A stretch of DNA of 64,000 bases from the human T2T-CHM13v2.0 reference genome, Homo sapiens. The stretch lies in assembly GCF_009914755.1 (NCBI RefSeq), contig NC_060926.1. One strand, given 5' to 3'. Numbering within the stretch: the first letter of the stretch is position 1; each line of letters begins with the position of its first letter. A program made the translations under genes and the position numbers. Of the stretch, positions 1 to 12,431 are shown piece after piece. The notes under the pieces were generated by a model. That model was not told the DNA's origin. It saw nothing but the letters and a program-made list of their open reading frames with translations, and ran no database searches.

Positions 1-202
1 CTGGAAGTGGACATTTGGAGCGCTCTCAGGACTACGGTGATAAAGGAAATATCTTCCAATAAAAGCTAGATAGGAGCAATGTCAGAAACTTTTTCATGAT
101 GTATCTACTCAGCTAACAGAGTTGAACCTTTCTTTTGAGAGAGCAGTTTTGAAACACTCTTTTTGTGGAATCTGCAAGTGGATATTTGTCTAGCTTTGAG
201 GA

Positions 203-219
203 TTTCGTTGGAAACGGGA
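203..219 (+). promoter_or_regulatory. CENP-B box, first of two per HOR (representative; roughly 190 box positions in the window)
   Basis: TTTCGTTGGAAACGGGA matches the 17 bp consensus YTTCGTTGGAARCGGGA. Confidence 0.97.
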
Positions 220-369
220 TTACATATAAAAAGCAGACAGCAGCATTCCCAGAATCTTCTTTGTGATGTTTGCATTCAAGTCACAGAGTTGAACATTCCC
301 TTTCATAGAGCAGGTTTGAAACACTCTTTTTATAGTATCTGGATGTGGACATTTGGAGCGCTTTCAGGC

Positions 370-386
370 CTATGGTGAAAAAGGAA
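370..386 (+). promoter_or_regulatory. pJalpha box of A-type monomer (representative)
   Basis: CTATGGTGAAAAAGGAA occupies the position equivalent to the CENP-B box in alternate monomers and matches the consensus CTAYGGTGRAAAAGGAA. Confidence 0.85.
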
Positions 387-540
387 ATATATTCTCCTGA
401 AAACTAGACAGAAGCATTCTCAGAATCTTATTTGTGATGTGCGCCCTCAACTAACAGTGTTGAAGCTTTCTTTTGATAGAGCAGTTTTGAAACACTCTTT
501 TCGTAAAATCTGCAAGAGGATATTTGGATAGCTTTGAGGA

Positions 541-557
541 TTTCGTTGGAAACGGGA
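541..557 (+). promoter_or_regulatory. CENP-B box, second of two per HOR (representative)
   Basis: TTTCGTTGGAAACGGGA; box spacing alternates 338/342 bp. Confidence 0.97.
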
Positions 558-3500
558 TTGTCTTCATATAAACTCTAGACAGAAGCATTCTCAGAAGCTT
601 CATTGGGATGTTTCAATTGAAGTCACAGTGTTGAACAGTCCCTTTCATAGAGCAGGTTTGAAACACTCTTTTTGTGGAATCTGGAAGTGGACATTTGGAG
701 CGCTCTCAGGACTGCGGTGAAAAAGGAAGTATCTTCCAATAAAAGCTAGATAGAAGCAATGTCAGAAACTTTTTCATGATGTATCTACTCAGCAAACAGA
801 GTTGAACCTTTCTTTTGAGAGAGCAGTTTTGAAACACTCTTTTTGTGGAATCTGCAAGTGGATATTTGTCTAGCTTTGAGGATTTCGTTGGAAACGGGAT
901 TACATATAAAAAGCAGACAGCAGCATTCCCAGAAACTTCTTTGTGATGTTTGCATTCAAGTCACACAGTTGAACATTCCCTTTCATAGAGCAGGTTTGAA
1001 ACACTCTTTTTGTAGTATCTGGATGTGGACATTTGGAGCGCTTTCAGGTCTATGGTGAAAAAGGAAATATCTTCCCCTGAAAACTAGACAGAAGCATTCT
1101 CAGAAACTTATTTGTGATGTGCGCCCTCAACTAACACTGTTGAACCTTTCTTTTGATAGAGCAGTTTTGAAACACTCTTTTTGTAATATCTGCAAGAGGA
1201 TATTTGGATAGCTTTGAGGATTTCGTTGGAAACGGGATTGTCTTCATATAAACTCTAGACAGAAGCATTCTCAGAAGCTTCATTGGGATGTTTCAATTGA
1301 AGTCACAGTGTTGAACAGTCCCTTTCATAGAGCAGGTTTGAAACACTCTTTTTGTAGTATCTGGAAGTGGACATTTGGAGGGATCTCAGGAATACGGTGA
1401 TAAAGGAAATATCTTCCAATAAAAGCTAGATAGAAGCAATGTCAGAAACTTTTTCATGACGTATCTACTCAGCTAACAGAGTTGAACCTTTCTTTTGAGA
1501 GAGCAGTTTTGAAACACTCTTTTTGTGGAATCTGCAAGTGGATATTTGTCTAGCTTTGAGGATTTCGTTTGAAACGGGATTACATATAAAAAGCAGACAG
1601 CAGCATTCCCAGAAACTTCTTTGTGAAGTTTGCATTGAAGTCACAGAGTTGAACATTCCCTTTCATAGAGCAGGTTTGAAACACTCTTTTTGTAGTATCT
1701 GTATGTGGACATTTGGAGCGCTTTCAGGCCTATGGTGAAAAAGGAAATATCTTCCCCTGAAAACTAGACAGAAGCATTCTCAGAAACTTATTTGTGATGT
1801 GCGCCCTCAACTAACAGTGTTGAAGCTTTCTTTTGATAGAGCAGTTTTGAAACACTCTTTTTGTAATATCTGCAAGAGGATATTTGGATAGCTTTGAGGA
1901 TTTCGTTGGAAACGGGATTGTCTTCATATAAACTCTAGACAGAAGCATTCTCAGAAGCTTCATTGGGATGTTTCAATTGAAGTCACAGTGTTGAACAGTC
2001 CCTTTCATAGAGCAGGTTTGAAACACTCTTTTTGTAGTATGTGGAAGTGGACACTTGGAGCGCTCTCAGGACTACGGTGATAAAGGAAATATCTTCCAAT
2101 AAAAGCTAGATAGAAGCAATGTCAGAAACTTTTTCATGATGTATCTACTCAGCTAACAGAGTTGAACCTTTCTTTTGAGAGAGCAGTTTTGAAACACTCT
2201 TTTTGTGGAATCTGCAAGTGGATATTTGTCTAGCTTTGAGGATTTCGTTGGAAACGGGATTACATATAAAAACCAGACAGCAGCATTCCCAGAATCTTCT
2301 TTGTGATGTTTGCATTCAAGTCACAGAGTTGAACATTCCCTTTCATAGAGCAGGTTTGAAACACTCTTTTTGTAGTATCTGGATGTGGACATTTGGAGCG
2401 CTTTCAGGCCTATGGTGAAAAAGGAAATATCTTCCCCTGAAAACTAGACAGAAGCATTCTCAGAATCTTATTTGTGATGTGCGCCCTCAACTAACAGTGT
2501 TGAAGCTTTCTTTTGATAGAGCAGTTTTGAAACACTCTTTTTGTAAAATCTGCAAGAGGATATTTGGATAGCTTTGAGGATTTCGTTGGAAACGGGATTG
2601 TCTTCATATAAACTCCAGACAGAAGCATTCTCAGAAGCTTCATTGGGATGTTTCAGTTGAAGTCACAGTGTTGAACAGTCCCTTTCATAGAGCAGGTTTG
2701 AAACACTCTTTTTGTAGTATCTGGAAGTGGACATTTGGAGCGCTCTCAGGACTGCGGTGAAAAAGGAAATATCTTCCAATAAAAGCTAGATAGAAGCAAT
2801 GTCAGAAACTTTTTCATGATGTATCTACTCAGCTAACAGAGTTGAACCTTCCTTTGAGAGAGCAGTTTTGAAACACTCTTTTTGTGGAATCTGCAAGTGG
2901 ATATTTGTCTAGCTTTGAGGATTGCGTTGGAAACGGGATTACATATAAAAAGCAGACAGCAGCATTCCCAGAAACTTCTTTGTGATGTTTGCATTCAAGT
3001 CACAGAGTTGAACATTCCCTTTCATAGAGCAGGTTTGAAACACTCTTTTTGTAGTATCTGGATGTGGACATTTGGAGCGCTTTCAGGCCTATGGTGAAAA
3101 AGGAAATATCTTCCCCTGAAAACTAGACAGAAGCATTCTCAGAATCTTATTTGTGATGTGCGCCCTCAACTAACAGTGTTGAAGCTTTCTTTTGATAGAG
3201 CAGTTTTGAAACACTCTTTTTGTAAAATCTGCAAGAGGATATTTGGATAGCTTTGAGGATTTCGTTGGAAACGGGATTGTCTTCATATAAACTCTAGTCA
3301 GAAGCATTCTCAGAAGCTTCATTGGGATGTTTCAATTGAAGTCACAGTGTTGAACAGTCCCTTTCATAGAGCAGGTTTGAAACACTCTTTTTGTAGTATC
3401 TGGAAGTGGACATTTGGAGCGCTCTCAGGACTGCGGTGAAAAAGGAAATATCTTCCAATAAAAGCTACATAGAAGCAATGTCAGAATCTTTTTCATGATG

Positions 3501-6500
3501 TGTCTACTCAGCTAACAGAGTTGAACCTTCCTTTGAGAGAGCAGTTTTGAAACACTCTTTTTGTGGAATCTGCAAGTGGATATTTGTCTAGCTTTGAGGA
3601 TTTCGTTGGAAACGGGATTACATATAAAAAGCAGACAGCAGCATTCCCAGAAACTTCTTTGTGATGTTTGCATTCAAGTCACAGAGTTGAACATTCCCTT
3701 TCATAGAGCAGGTTTGAAACACTCTTTTTGTAGTATCTGGATGTGGACATTTGGAGCGCTTTCAGGCCTATGGTGAAAAAGGAAATATCTTCCCCTGAAA
3801 ACTAGACAGAAGCATTCTCAGAATCTTATTTGTGATGTGCGCCCTCAACTAACAGTGTTGAAGCTTTCTTTTGATAGAGCAGTTTTGAAACACTCTTTTT
3901 GTAAAATCTGCAAGAGGATATTTGGATAGCTTTGAGGATTTCGTTGGAAACGGGATTGTCTTCATATAAACTTTAGACAGAAGCATTCTCAGAAGCTTCA
4001 TTGGGATGTTTCAATTGAAGTCACAGTGTTGAACAGTCCCTTTCATAGAGCAGGTTTGAAACACTCTTTTTGTAGTATCTGGAAGTGGACATTTGGAGCG
4101 CTCTCAGGACTGCGGTTAAAAAGGAAATATCTTCCAATAAAAGCTACATAGAAGCAATGTCAGAATCTTTTTCATGATGTGTCTACTCAGCTAACAGAGT
4201 TGAACCTTCCTTTGAGAGAGCAGTTTTGAAACACTCTTTTTGTGGAATCTGCAAGTGGATATTTGTCTAGCTTTGAGGATTTCGTTGGAAACGGGATTAC
4301 ATATAAAAAGCAGACAGCAGCATTCCCAGAAACTTCTTTGTGATGTTTGCATTCAAGTCACAGAGTTGAACATTCCCTTTCATAGAGCAGGTTTGAAACA
4401 CTCTTTTTGTAGTATCTGGATGTGGACATTTGGAGCGCTTTCAGGCCTATGGTGAAAACGGAAATATCTTCCCCTGAAAACTACACAGAGGCATTCTCAG
4501 AATCTTATTTGTGATGTGCGCCCTCAACTAACAGTGTTGAAGCTTTCTTTTGATAGAGCAGTTTTGAAACACTCTTTTTGTAAAATCTGCAAGAGGATAT
4601 TTGGATAGCTTTGAGGATTTCGTTGGAAACGGGATTGTCTTCATATAAACTCTAGACAGAAGCATTCTCAGAAGCTTCATTGGGATGTTTCAATTGAAGT
4701 CACAGTGTTGAACAGTCCCTTTCATAGAGCAGGTTTGAAACACTCTTTTTGTAGTATCTGGATGTGGACATTTCGAGCGCTTTCAGGCCTATGGTGAAAA
4801 AGGAAATATCTTACCCTGAAAACTAGACAGAAGCATTCTCAGAAACTTATTTGTGATGTGCGCCCTCAACTAACAGTGTTGAAGCTTTCTCTTGATAGAG
4901 CAGTTTTGAAACACTCTTTTTGTGGAATCTGCACGTGGATATTTGTCTAGCTTTGAGGATTTCGTTGGAAACGGGATAACATATAAAAAGCAGACAGCAG
5001 CATTCCCAGAATCTTCTTTGTGATGTTTGCATTCAAGTCACAGAGTTGAACATTCCCTTTCATAGAGCAGGTTTGAAACACTCTTTTTATAGTATCTGGA
5101 TGTGGACATTTGGAGCGCTTTCAGGCCTATGGTGAAAAAGGAAATATATTCTCCTGAAAACTAGACAGAAGCATTCTCAGAATCTTATTTGTGATGTGCG
5201 CCCTCAACTAACAGTGTTGAAGCTTTCTTTTGATAGAGCAGTTTTGAAACACTCTTTTTGTAAAATCTGCAAGAGGATATTTGGATAGCTTTGAGGATTT
5301 CGTTGGAAACGGGATTGTCTTCATATAAACTCTAGACAGAAGCATTCTCAGAAGCTTCATTGGGATGTTTCAATTGAAGTCACAGTGTTGAACAGTCCCT
5401 TTCATAGAGCAGGTTTGAAACACTCTTTTTGTAGTATCTGGAAGTGGACATTTGGAGCGCTCTCAGGACTACGGTGAAAAAGGAAGTATCTTCCAATAAA
5501 AGCTAGATAGAAGCAATGTCAGAAACTTTTTCATGATGTATCTACTCAGCAAACAGAGTTGAACCTTTCTTTTGAGAGAGCAGTTTTGAAACACTCTTTT
5601 TGTGGAATCTGCAAGTGGATATTTGTCTAGCTTTGAGGATTTCGTTGGAAACGGGATTACATATAAAAAGCAGACAGCAGCATTCCCAGAAACTTCTTTG
5701 TGATGTTTGCATTCAAGTCACACAGTTGAACATTCCCTTTCATAGAGCAGGTTTGAAACACTCTTTTTGTAGTATCTGTATGTGGACATTTGGAGCGCTT
5801 TCAGGTCTATGGTGAAAAAGGAAATATCTTCCCCTGAAAACTAGACAGAAGCATTCTCAGAAACTTATTTGTGATGTGCGCCCTCAACTAACACTGTTGA
5901 ACCTTTCTTTTGATAGAGCAGTTTTGAAACACTCTTTTTGTAATATCTGCAAGAGGATATTTGGATAGCTTTGAGGATTTCGTTGGAAACGGGATTGTCT
6001 TCATATAAACTCTAGACAGAAGCATTCTCAGAAGCTTCATTGGGATGTTTCAATTGAAGTCACAGTGTTGAACAGTCCCTTTCATAGAGCAGGTTTGAAA
6101 CACTCTTTTTGTAGTATCTGGAAGTGGACATTTGGAGAGATCTCAGGAATACGGTGATAAAGGAAATATCTTCCAATAAAAGCTAGATAGAAGCAATGTC
6201 AGAAACTTTTTCATGACGTATCTACTCAGCTAACAGAGTTGAACCTTTCTTTTGAGAGAGCAGTTTTGAAACACTCTTTTTGTGGAATCTGCAAGTGGAT
6301 ATTTGTCTAGCTTTGAGGATTTCGTTTGAAACGGGATTACATATAAAAAGCAGACAGCAGCATTCCCAGAAACTTCTTTGTGAAGTTTGCATTGAAGTCA
6401 CAGAGTTGAACATTCCCTTTCATAGAGCAGGTTTGAAACACTCTTTTTGTAGTATCTGGATGTGGACATTTGGAGCGCTTTCAGGCCTATGGTGGAAAAG

Positions 6501-7678
6501 GAAATATCTTCCCCTGAAAACTAGACAGAAGCATTCTCAGAAACTTATTTGTGATGTGCGCCCTCAACTAACAGTGTTGAAGCTTTCTTTTGATAGAGCA
6601 GTTTTGAAACACTCTTTTTGTAATATCTGCAAGAGGATATTTGGATAGCTTTGAGGATTTCGTTGGAAACGGGATTGTGTTCATATAAACTCTAGACAGA
6701 AGCATTCTCAGAAGCTTCATTGGGATGTTTCAATTGAAGTCACAGTGTTGAACAGTCCCTTTCATAGAGCAGGTTTGAAACACTCTTTTTGTAGTATCTG
6801 GAAGTGGACATTTGGAGCGCTCTCAGGACTACGGAGATAAAGGAAATATCTTCCAATAAAAGCTAGATAGAAGCAATGTCAGAAACTTTTTCATGATGTA
6901 TCTACTCAGCTAACAGAGTTGAACCTTTCTTTTGAGAGAGCAGTTTTGAAACACTCTTTTTGTGGAATCTGCAAGTGGATATTTGTCTAGCTTTGAGGAT
7001 TTCGTTGGAAACGGGATTACATATAAAAACCAGACAGCAGCATTCCCAGAATCTTCTTTGTGATGTTTGCATTCAAGTCACAGAGTTGAACATTCCCTTT
7101 CATAGAGCAGGTTTGAAACACTCTTTTTGTAGTATCTGGATGTGGACATTTGGAGCGCTTTCAGGTCTATGGTGAAAAAGGAAATATCTTCCCCTGAAAA
7201 CTAGACAGAAGCATTCTCAGAATCTTATTTGTGATGTGCGCCCTCAACTAACAGTGTTGAAGCTTTCTTTTGATAGAGCAGTTTTGAAACACTCTTTTTG
7301 TAAAATCTGCAAGAGGATATTTGGATAGCTTTGGGGATTTCGTTGGAAACGGGATTGTCTTCATATAAACTCCAGACAGAAGCATTCTCAGAAGCTTCAT
7401 TGGGATGTTTCAGTTGAAGTCACAGTGTTGAACAGTCCCTTTCATAGAGCAGGTTTGAAACACTCTTTTTGTAGTATCTGGAAGTGGACATTTGGAGCGC
7501 TCTCAGGACTGCGGTGAAAAAGGAAATATCTTCCAATAAAAGCTAGATAGAAGCAATGTCAGAAACTTTTTCATGATGTATCTACTCAGCTAACAGAGTT
7601 GAACCTTCCTTTGAGAGAGCAGTTTTGAAACACTCTTTTTGTGGAATCTGCAAGTGGATATTTGTCTAGCTTTGAGGA

Positions 7679-8696
7679 TTTCGTTGGAAACGGGATTACA
7701 TATAAAAAGCAGACAGCAGCATTCCCAGAAACTTCTTTGTGATGTTTGCATTCAAGTCACACAGTTGAACATTCCCTTTCATAGAGCAGGTTTGAAACAC
7801 TCTTTTTGTAGTATCTGGATGTGGACATTTGGAGCGCTTTCAGGCCTATGGTGAAAAAGGAAATATCTTCCCCTGAAAACTAGACAGAAGCATTCTCAGA
7901 AACTTATTTGTGATGTGCGCCCTCAACTAACAGTGTTGAAGCTTTCTTTTGATAGAGCAGTTTTGAAACACTCTTTTTGTAATATCTGCAAGAGGATATT
8001 TGGATAGCTTTGAGGATTTCGTTGGAAACGGGATTAATTATAAAAAGCAGACAGCAGCATTCCCAGAATCTTGTTTGTGATGTTTGCATTCAAGTCACAG
8101 AGTTGAACATTCCCTTTCAGAGAGCAGGTTTGAAACACTCTTTTTATAGTATCTGGATGTGGACATTTGGAGCGCTTTCAGGCCTATGGTGAAAAAGGAA
8201 ATATCTTCTCCTGAAAACTAGAGAGAAGCATTCTCAGAATCTTATTTGTGATGTGCGCCCTCAACTAACAGTGTTGAAGCTTTCTTTTGATAGAGCAGTT
8301 TTGAAACACTCTTTTCGTAAAATCTGCAAGAGGATATTTGGATAGCTTTGAGGATTTCGTTGGAAACGGGATTGTCTTCATATAAACTCTAGACAGAAGC
8401 ATTCTCAGAAGCTTCATTGGGATGTTTCAATTGAAGTCACAGTGTTGAACAGTCCCTTTCATAGAGCAGGTTTGAAACACTCTTTTTGTAGTATCTGGAT
8501 GTGGACATTTGGAGCGCTTTCAGGCCTATGGTTTAAAAGGAAATATCTTCCCCTGAAAACTAGACAGAAGCATTCTCAGAAACTTATTTGTGATGTGCGC
8601 CCTCAACTAACACTGTTGAAGCATTCTTTTGATAGAGCAGTTTTGAAACACTCTTTTTGTGGAATCTGCAAGTGGATATTTGTCTAGCTTTGAGGA
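7679..8696 (+). repeat. 6-mer HOR variant (1018 bp, extra 338 bp dimer)
   Basis: Anchor spacing 7639 to 8657 = 1018. Hybrid junction TTTGGATAGC-[box]-TTAATTATAAAAAGCAG at ~8000-8050. Confidence 0.9.
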
Positions 8697-11600
8697 TTTC
8701 GTTGGAAACGGGATTACATATAAAAAGCAGACAGCAGCATTCCCAGAAACTTCTTTGTGATGTTTGCATTCAAGTCACAGAGTTGAACATTCCCTTTTAT
8801 AGAGCAGGTTTGAAACACTCTTTTTGTAGTATCTGGATGTGGACATTTGGAGCGCTTTCAGGCCTATGGTGAAAAAGGAAATATCTTCCCCTGAAAACTA
8901 GACAGAAGCATTCTCAGAAACTTATTTGTGATGTGCGCCCTCAACTAACACTGTTGAACCTTTCTTTTGATAGAGCAGTTTTGAAACACTCTTTTTGTAA
9001 TATCTGCAAGAGGATATTTGGATAGCTTTGAGGATTTCTTTGGAAACGGGATTGTCTTCATATAAACTCTAGACAGAAGCATTCTCAGAAGCTTCATTGG
9101 GATGTTTCAATTGAAGTCACAGTGTTGAACAGTCCCTTTCATAGAGCAGGTTTGAAACACTCTTTTTGTAGTATCTGGAAGTGGACATTTGGAGAGATCT
9201 CAGGAATACGGTGATAAAGGAAATATCTTCCAATAAAAGCTACATAGAAGCAATGTCAGAAACTTTTTCATGATGTATCTACTCAGCTAACAGAGTTGAA
9301 CCTTTCTTTTGAGAGAGCAGTTTTGAAACACTCTTTTTGTGGAATCTGCAAGTGGATATTTGTCTAGCTTTGAGGATTTCGTTGGAAACGGGATTACATA
9401 TAAAAAGCAGACAGCAGCATTCCCAGTAACTTCTTTGTGGTGTTTCCATTCAAGTCACAGAGTTGAACATTCCCTTTCATAGAGCAGGTTTGAAACACTC
9501 TTTTTGTAGTATCTGGATGTGGACATTTGGAGCGCTTTCAGGCCTATGGTGAAAAAGGAAATATCTTCCCCTGAAAACTAGACAGAAGCATTCTCAGAAT
9601 CTTATTTGTGATGTGCGCCCTCAACTAACAGTGTTGAAGCTTTCTTTTGATAGAGCAGTTTTGAAACACTCTTTTTGTAAAATCTGCAAGAGGATATTTG
9701 GATAGCTTTGAGGATTTCGTTGGAAACGGGATTGTCTTCATATAAACTCCAGACAGAAGCATTCTCAGAAGCTTCATTGGGATGTTTCAGTTGAAGTCAC
9801 AGTGTTGAACAGTCCCTTTCATAGAGCAGGTTTGAAACACTCTTTTTGTAGTATCTGGAAGTGGACATTTGGAGCGCTCTCAGGACTGCGGTGAAAAAGG
9901 AAATATCTTCCAATAAAAGCTAGATAGAAGCAATGTCAGAAACTTTTTCATGATGTATCTACTCAGCTAACAGAGTTGAACCTTCCTTTGAGAGAGCAGT
10001 TTTGAAACACTCTTTTTGTGGAATCTGCAAGTGGATATTTGTCTAGCTTTGAGGATTTCGTTGGAAACGGGATTACATATAAAAAGCAGACAGCAGCATT
10101 CCCAGAAACTTCTTTGTGATGTTTGCATTCAAGTCACAGAGTTGAACATTCCCTTTCATAGAGCAGGTTTGAAACACTCTTTTTGTAGTATCTGGATGTG
10201 GACATTTGGAGCGCTTTCAGGCCTATGGTGAAAAAGGAAATATCTTCCCCTGAAAACTAGACAGAAGCATTCTCAGAATCTTATTTGTGATGTGCGCCCT
10301 CAACTAACAGTGTTGAAGCTTTCTTTTGATAGAGCAGTTTTGAAACACTCTTTTTGTAAAATCTGCAAGAGGATATTTGGATAGCTTTGAGGATTTCGTT
10401 GGAAACGGGATTGTCTTCATATAAACTCTAGACAGAAGAATTCTCAGAAGCTTCATTGGGATGTTTCAATTGAAGTCACAGTGTTGAACAGTCCCTTTCA
10501 TAGAGCAGGTTTGAAACACTCTTTTTGTAGTATCTGGAAGTGGACATTTGGAGCGCTCTCAGGACTGCGGTTAAAAAGGAAATATCTTCCAATAAAAGCT
10601 ACATAGAAGCAATGTCAGAATCTTTTTCATGATGTGTCCACTCAGCTAACAGAGTTGAACCTTCCTTTGAGAGAGCAGTTTTGAAACACTCTTTTTGTGG
10701 AATCTGCAAGTGGATATTTGTCTAGCTTTGAGGATTTCGTTGGAAACGGGATTACATATAAAAAGCAGACAGCAGCATTCCCAGAAACTTCTTTGTGATA
10801 TTTGCATTCAAGTCACAGAGTTGAACATTCCCTTTCATAGAGCAGGTTTGAAACACTCTTTTTGTAGTATCTGGATGTGGACATTTGGAGCGCTTTCAGG
10901 CCTATGGTGAAAAAGGAAATATCTTCCCCTGAAAACTAGACAGAAGCATTCTCAGAATCTTATTTGTGATGTGCGCCCTCAACTAACAGTGTTGAAGCTT
11001 TCTTTTGATAGAGCAGTTTTGAAACACTCTTTTTGTAAAATCTGCAAGAGGATATTTGGATAGCTTTGAGGATTTCGTTGGAAACGGGATTGTCTTCATA
11101 TAAACTCTAGACAGAAGCATTCTCAGAAGCTTCATTGGGATGTTTCAATTGAAGTCACAGTGTTGAACAGTGCCTTTCATAGAGCAGGTTTGAAACACTC
11201 TTTTTGTAGTATCTGGATGTGGACATTTGGAGCGCTTTCAGGCCTATGGTGAAAAAGGAAATATCTTCCCCTGAAAACTAGACAGAAGCATTCTCAGAAA
11301 CTTATTTGTGATGTGCGCCCTCAACTAACAGTGTTGAAGCTTTCTTTTGATAGAGCAGTTTTGAAACACTCTTTTTGTGGAATCTGCACGTGGATATTTG
11401 TCTAGCTTTGAGGATTTCGTTGGAAACGGGATTACATATAAAAAGCAGACAGCAGCATTCCCAGAATCTTCTTTGTGATGTTTGCATTCAAGTCACAGAG
11501 TTGAACATTCCCTTTCATAGAGCAGGTTTGAAACACTCTTTTTATAGTATCTGGATGTGGACATTTGGAGCGCTTTCAGGCCTATGGTGAAAAAGGAAAT

Positions 11601-12094
11601 ATATTCTCCTGAAAACTAGACAGAAGCATTCTCAGAATCTTATTTGTGATGTGCGCCCTCAACTAACAGTGTTGAAGCTTTCTTTTGATAGAGCAGTTTT
11701 GAAACACTCTTTTTGTAAAATCTGCAAGAGGATATTTGGATAGCTTTGAGGATTTCGTTGGAAACGGGATTGTCTTCATATAAACTCTAGACAGAAGCAT
11801 TCTCAGAAGCTTCATTGGGATGTTTCAATTGAAGTCACAGTGTTGAACAGTCCCTTTCATAGAGCAGGTTTGAAACACTCTTTTTGTAGTATCTGGAAGT
11901 GGACATTTGGAGCGCTCTCAGGACTACGGTGAAAAAGGAAGTATCTTCCAATAAAAGCTAGATAGAAGCAATGTCAGAAACTTTTTCATGATGTATCTAC
12001 TCAGCAAACAGAGTTGAACCTTTCTTTTGAGAGAGCAGTTTTGAAACACTCTTTTTGTGGAATCTGCAAGTGGATATTTGTCTAGCTTTGAGGA

Positions 12095-12431
12095 TTTCGT
12101 TGGAAACGGGATTACATATAAAAAGCAGACAGCAGCATTCCCAGAAACTTCTTTGTGATGTTTGCATTCAAGTCACACAGTTGAACATTCCCTTTCATAG
12201 AGCAGGTTTGAAACACTCTTTTTGTAGTATCTGGAAGTGGACATTTGGAGCGCTCTCAGGACTGCGGTTAAAAAGGAAATATCTTCCAATAAAAGCTACA
12301 TAGAAGCAATGTCAGAATCTTTTTCATGATGTGTCTACTCAGCTAACAGAGTTGAACCTTCCTTTGAGAGAGCAGTTTTGAAACACTCTTTTTGTGGAAT
12401 CTGCAAGTGGATATTTGTCTAGCTTTGAGGA
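12095..12431 (+). repeat. 2-mer HOR variant (337 bp)
   Basis: Anchor spacing 12055 to 12392 = 337. AACATTCCC... is joined directly to GGAAGTGGACATTTGGAGCGCTCTCAGG at ~12190-12260. Confidence 0.92.

Larger units (their letters stand above)
203..882 (+). repeat. Representative canonical 4-mer HOR unit (167+171+171+171 bp)
   Basis: CENP-B box 203, pJalpha box 370, CENP-B box 541, pJalpha-like box 712, next CENP-B box 883. The short monomer lacks 4 bp after the box (GGGATTACATATAAA vs GGGATTGTCTTCATATAAA). The 679 and 678 bp units carry 1-bp deletions (AACCTTCCTTTGAG, CTCAGACTG, AAAAAGAAAT). Confidence 0.95.

Noticed and set aside
58-63. AATAAA per HOR, and TATA-like CATATAAA after each CENP-B box
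   Set aside because: Short AT-rich motifs are expected in alphoid DNA, and function cannot be supported from sequence alone.
582-601. Short imperfect dyad GAAGCATTCTCAGAAGCTTC
   Set aside because: The 5 bp outer stem is weak, and such dyads are a known generic property of alpha-satellite.
4933-4938. CACGTG E-box in the chimeric HOR lineage
   Set aside because: A single A>C substitution creates a common 6-mer. It is useful as a lineage marker, but there is no evidence of regulatory function.
6280-6648. Longest ORF (122 aa)
   Set aside because: It results from a single TGA>TGG substitution (~6495) in one repeat copy and is not a gene.
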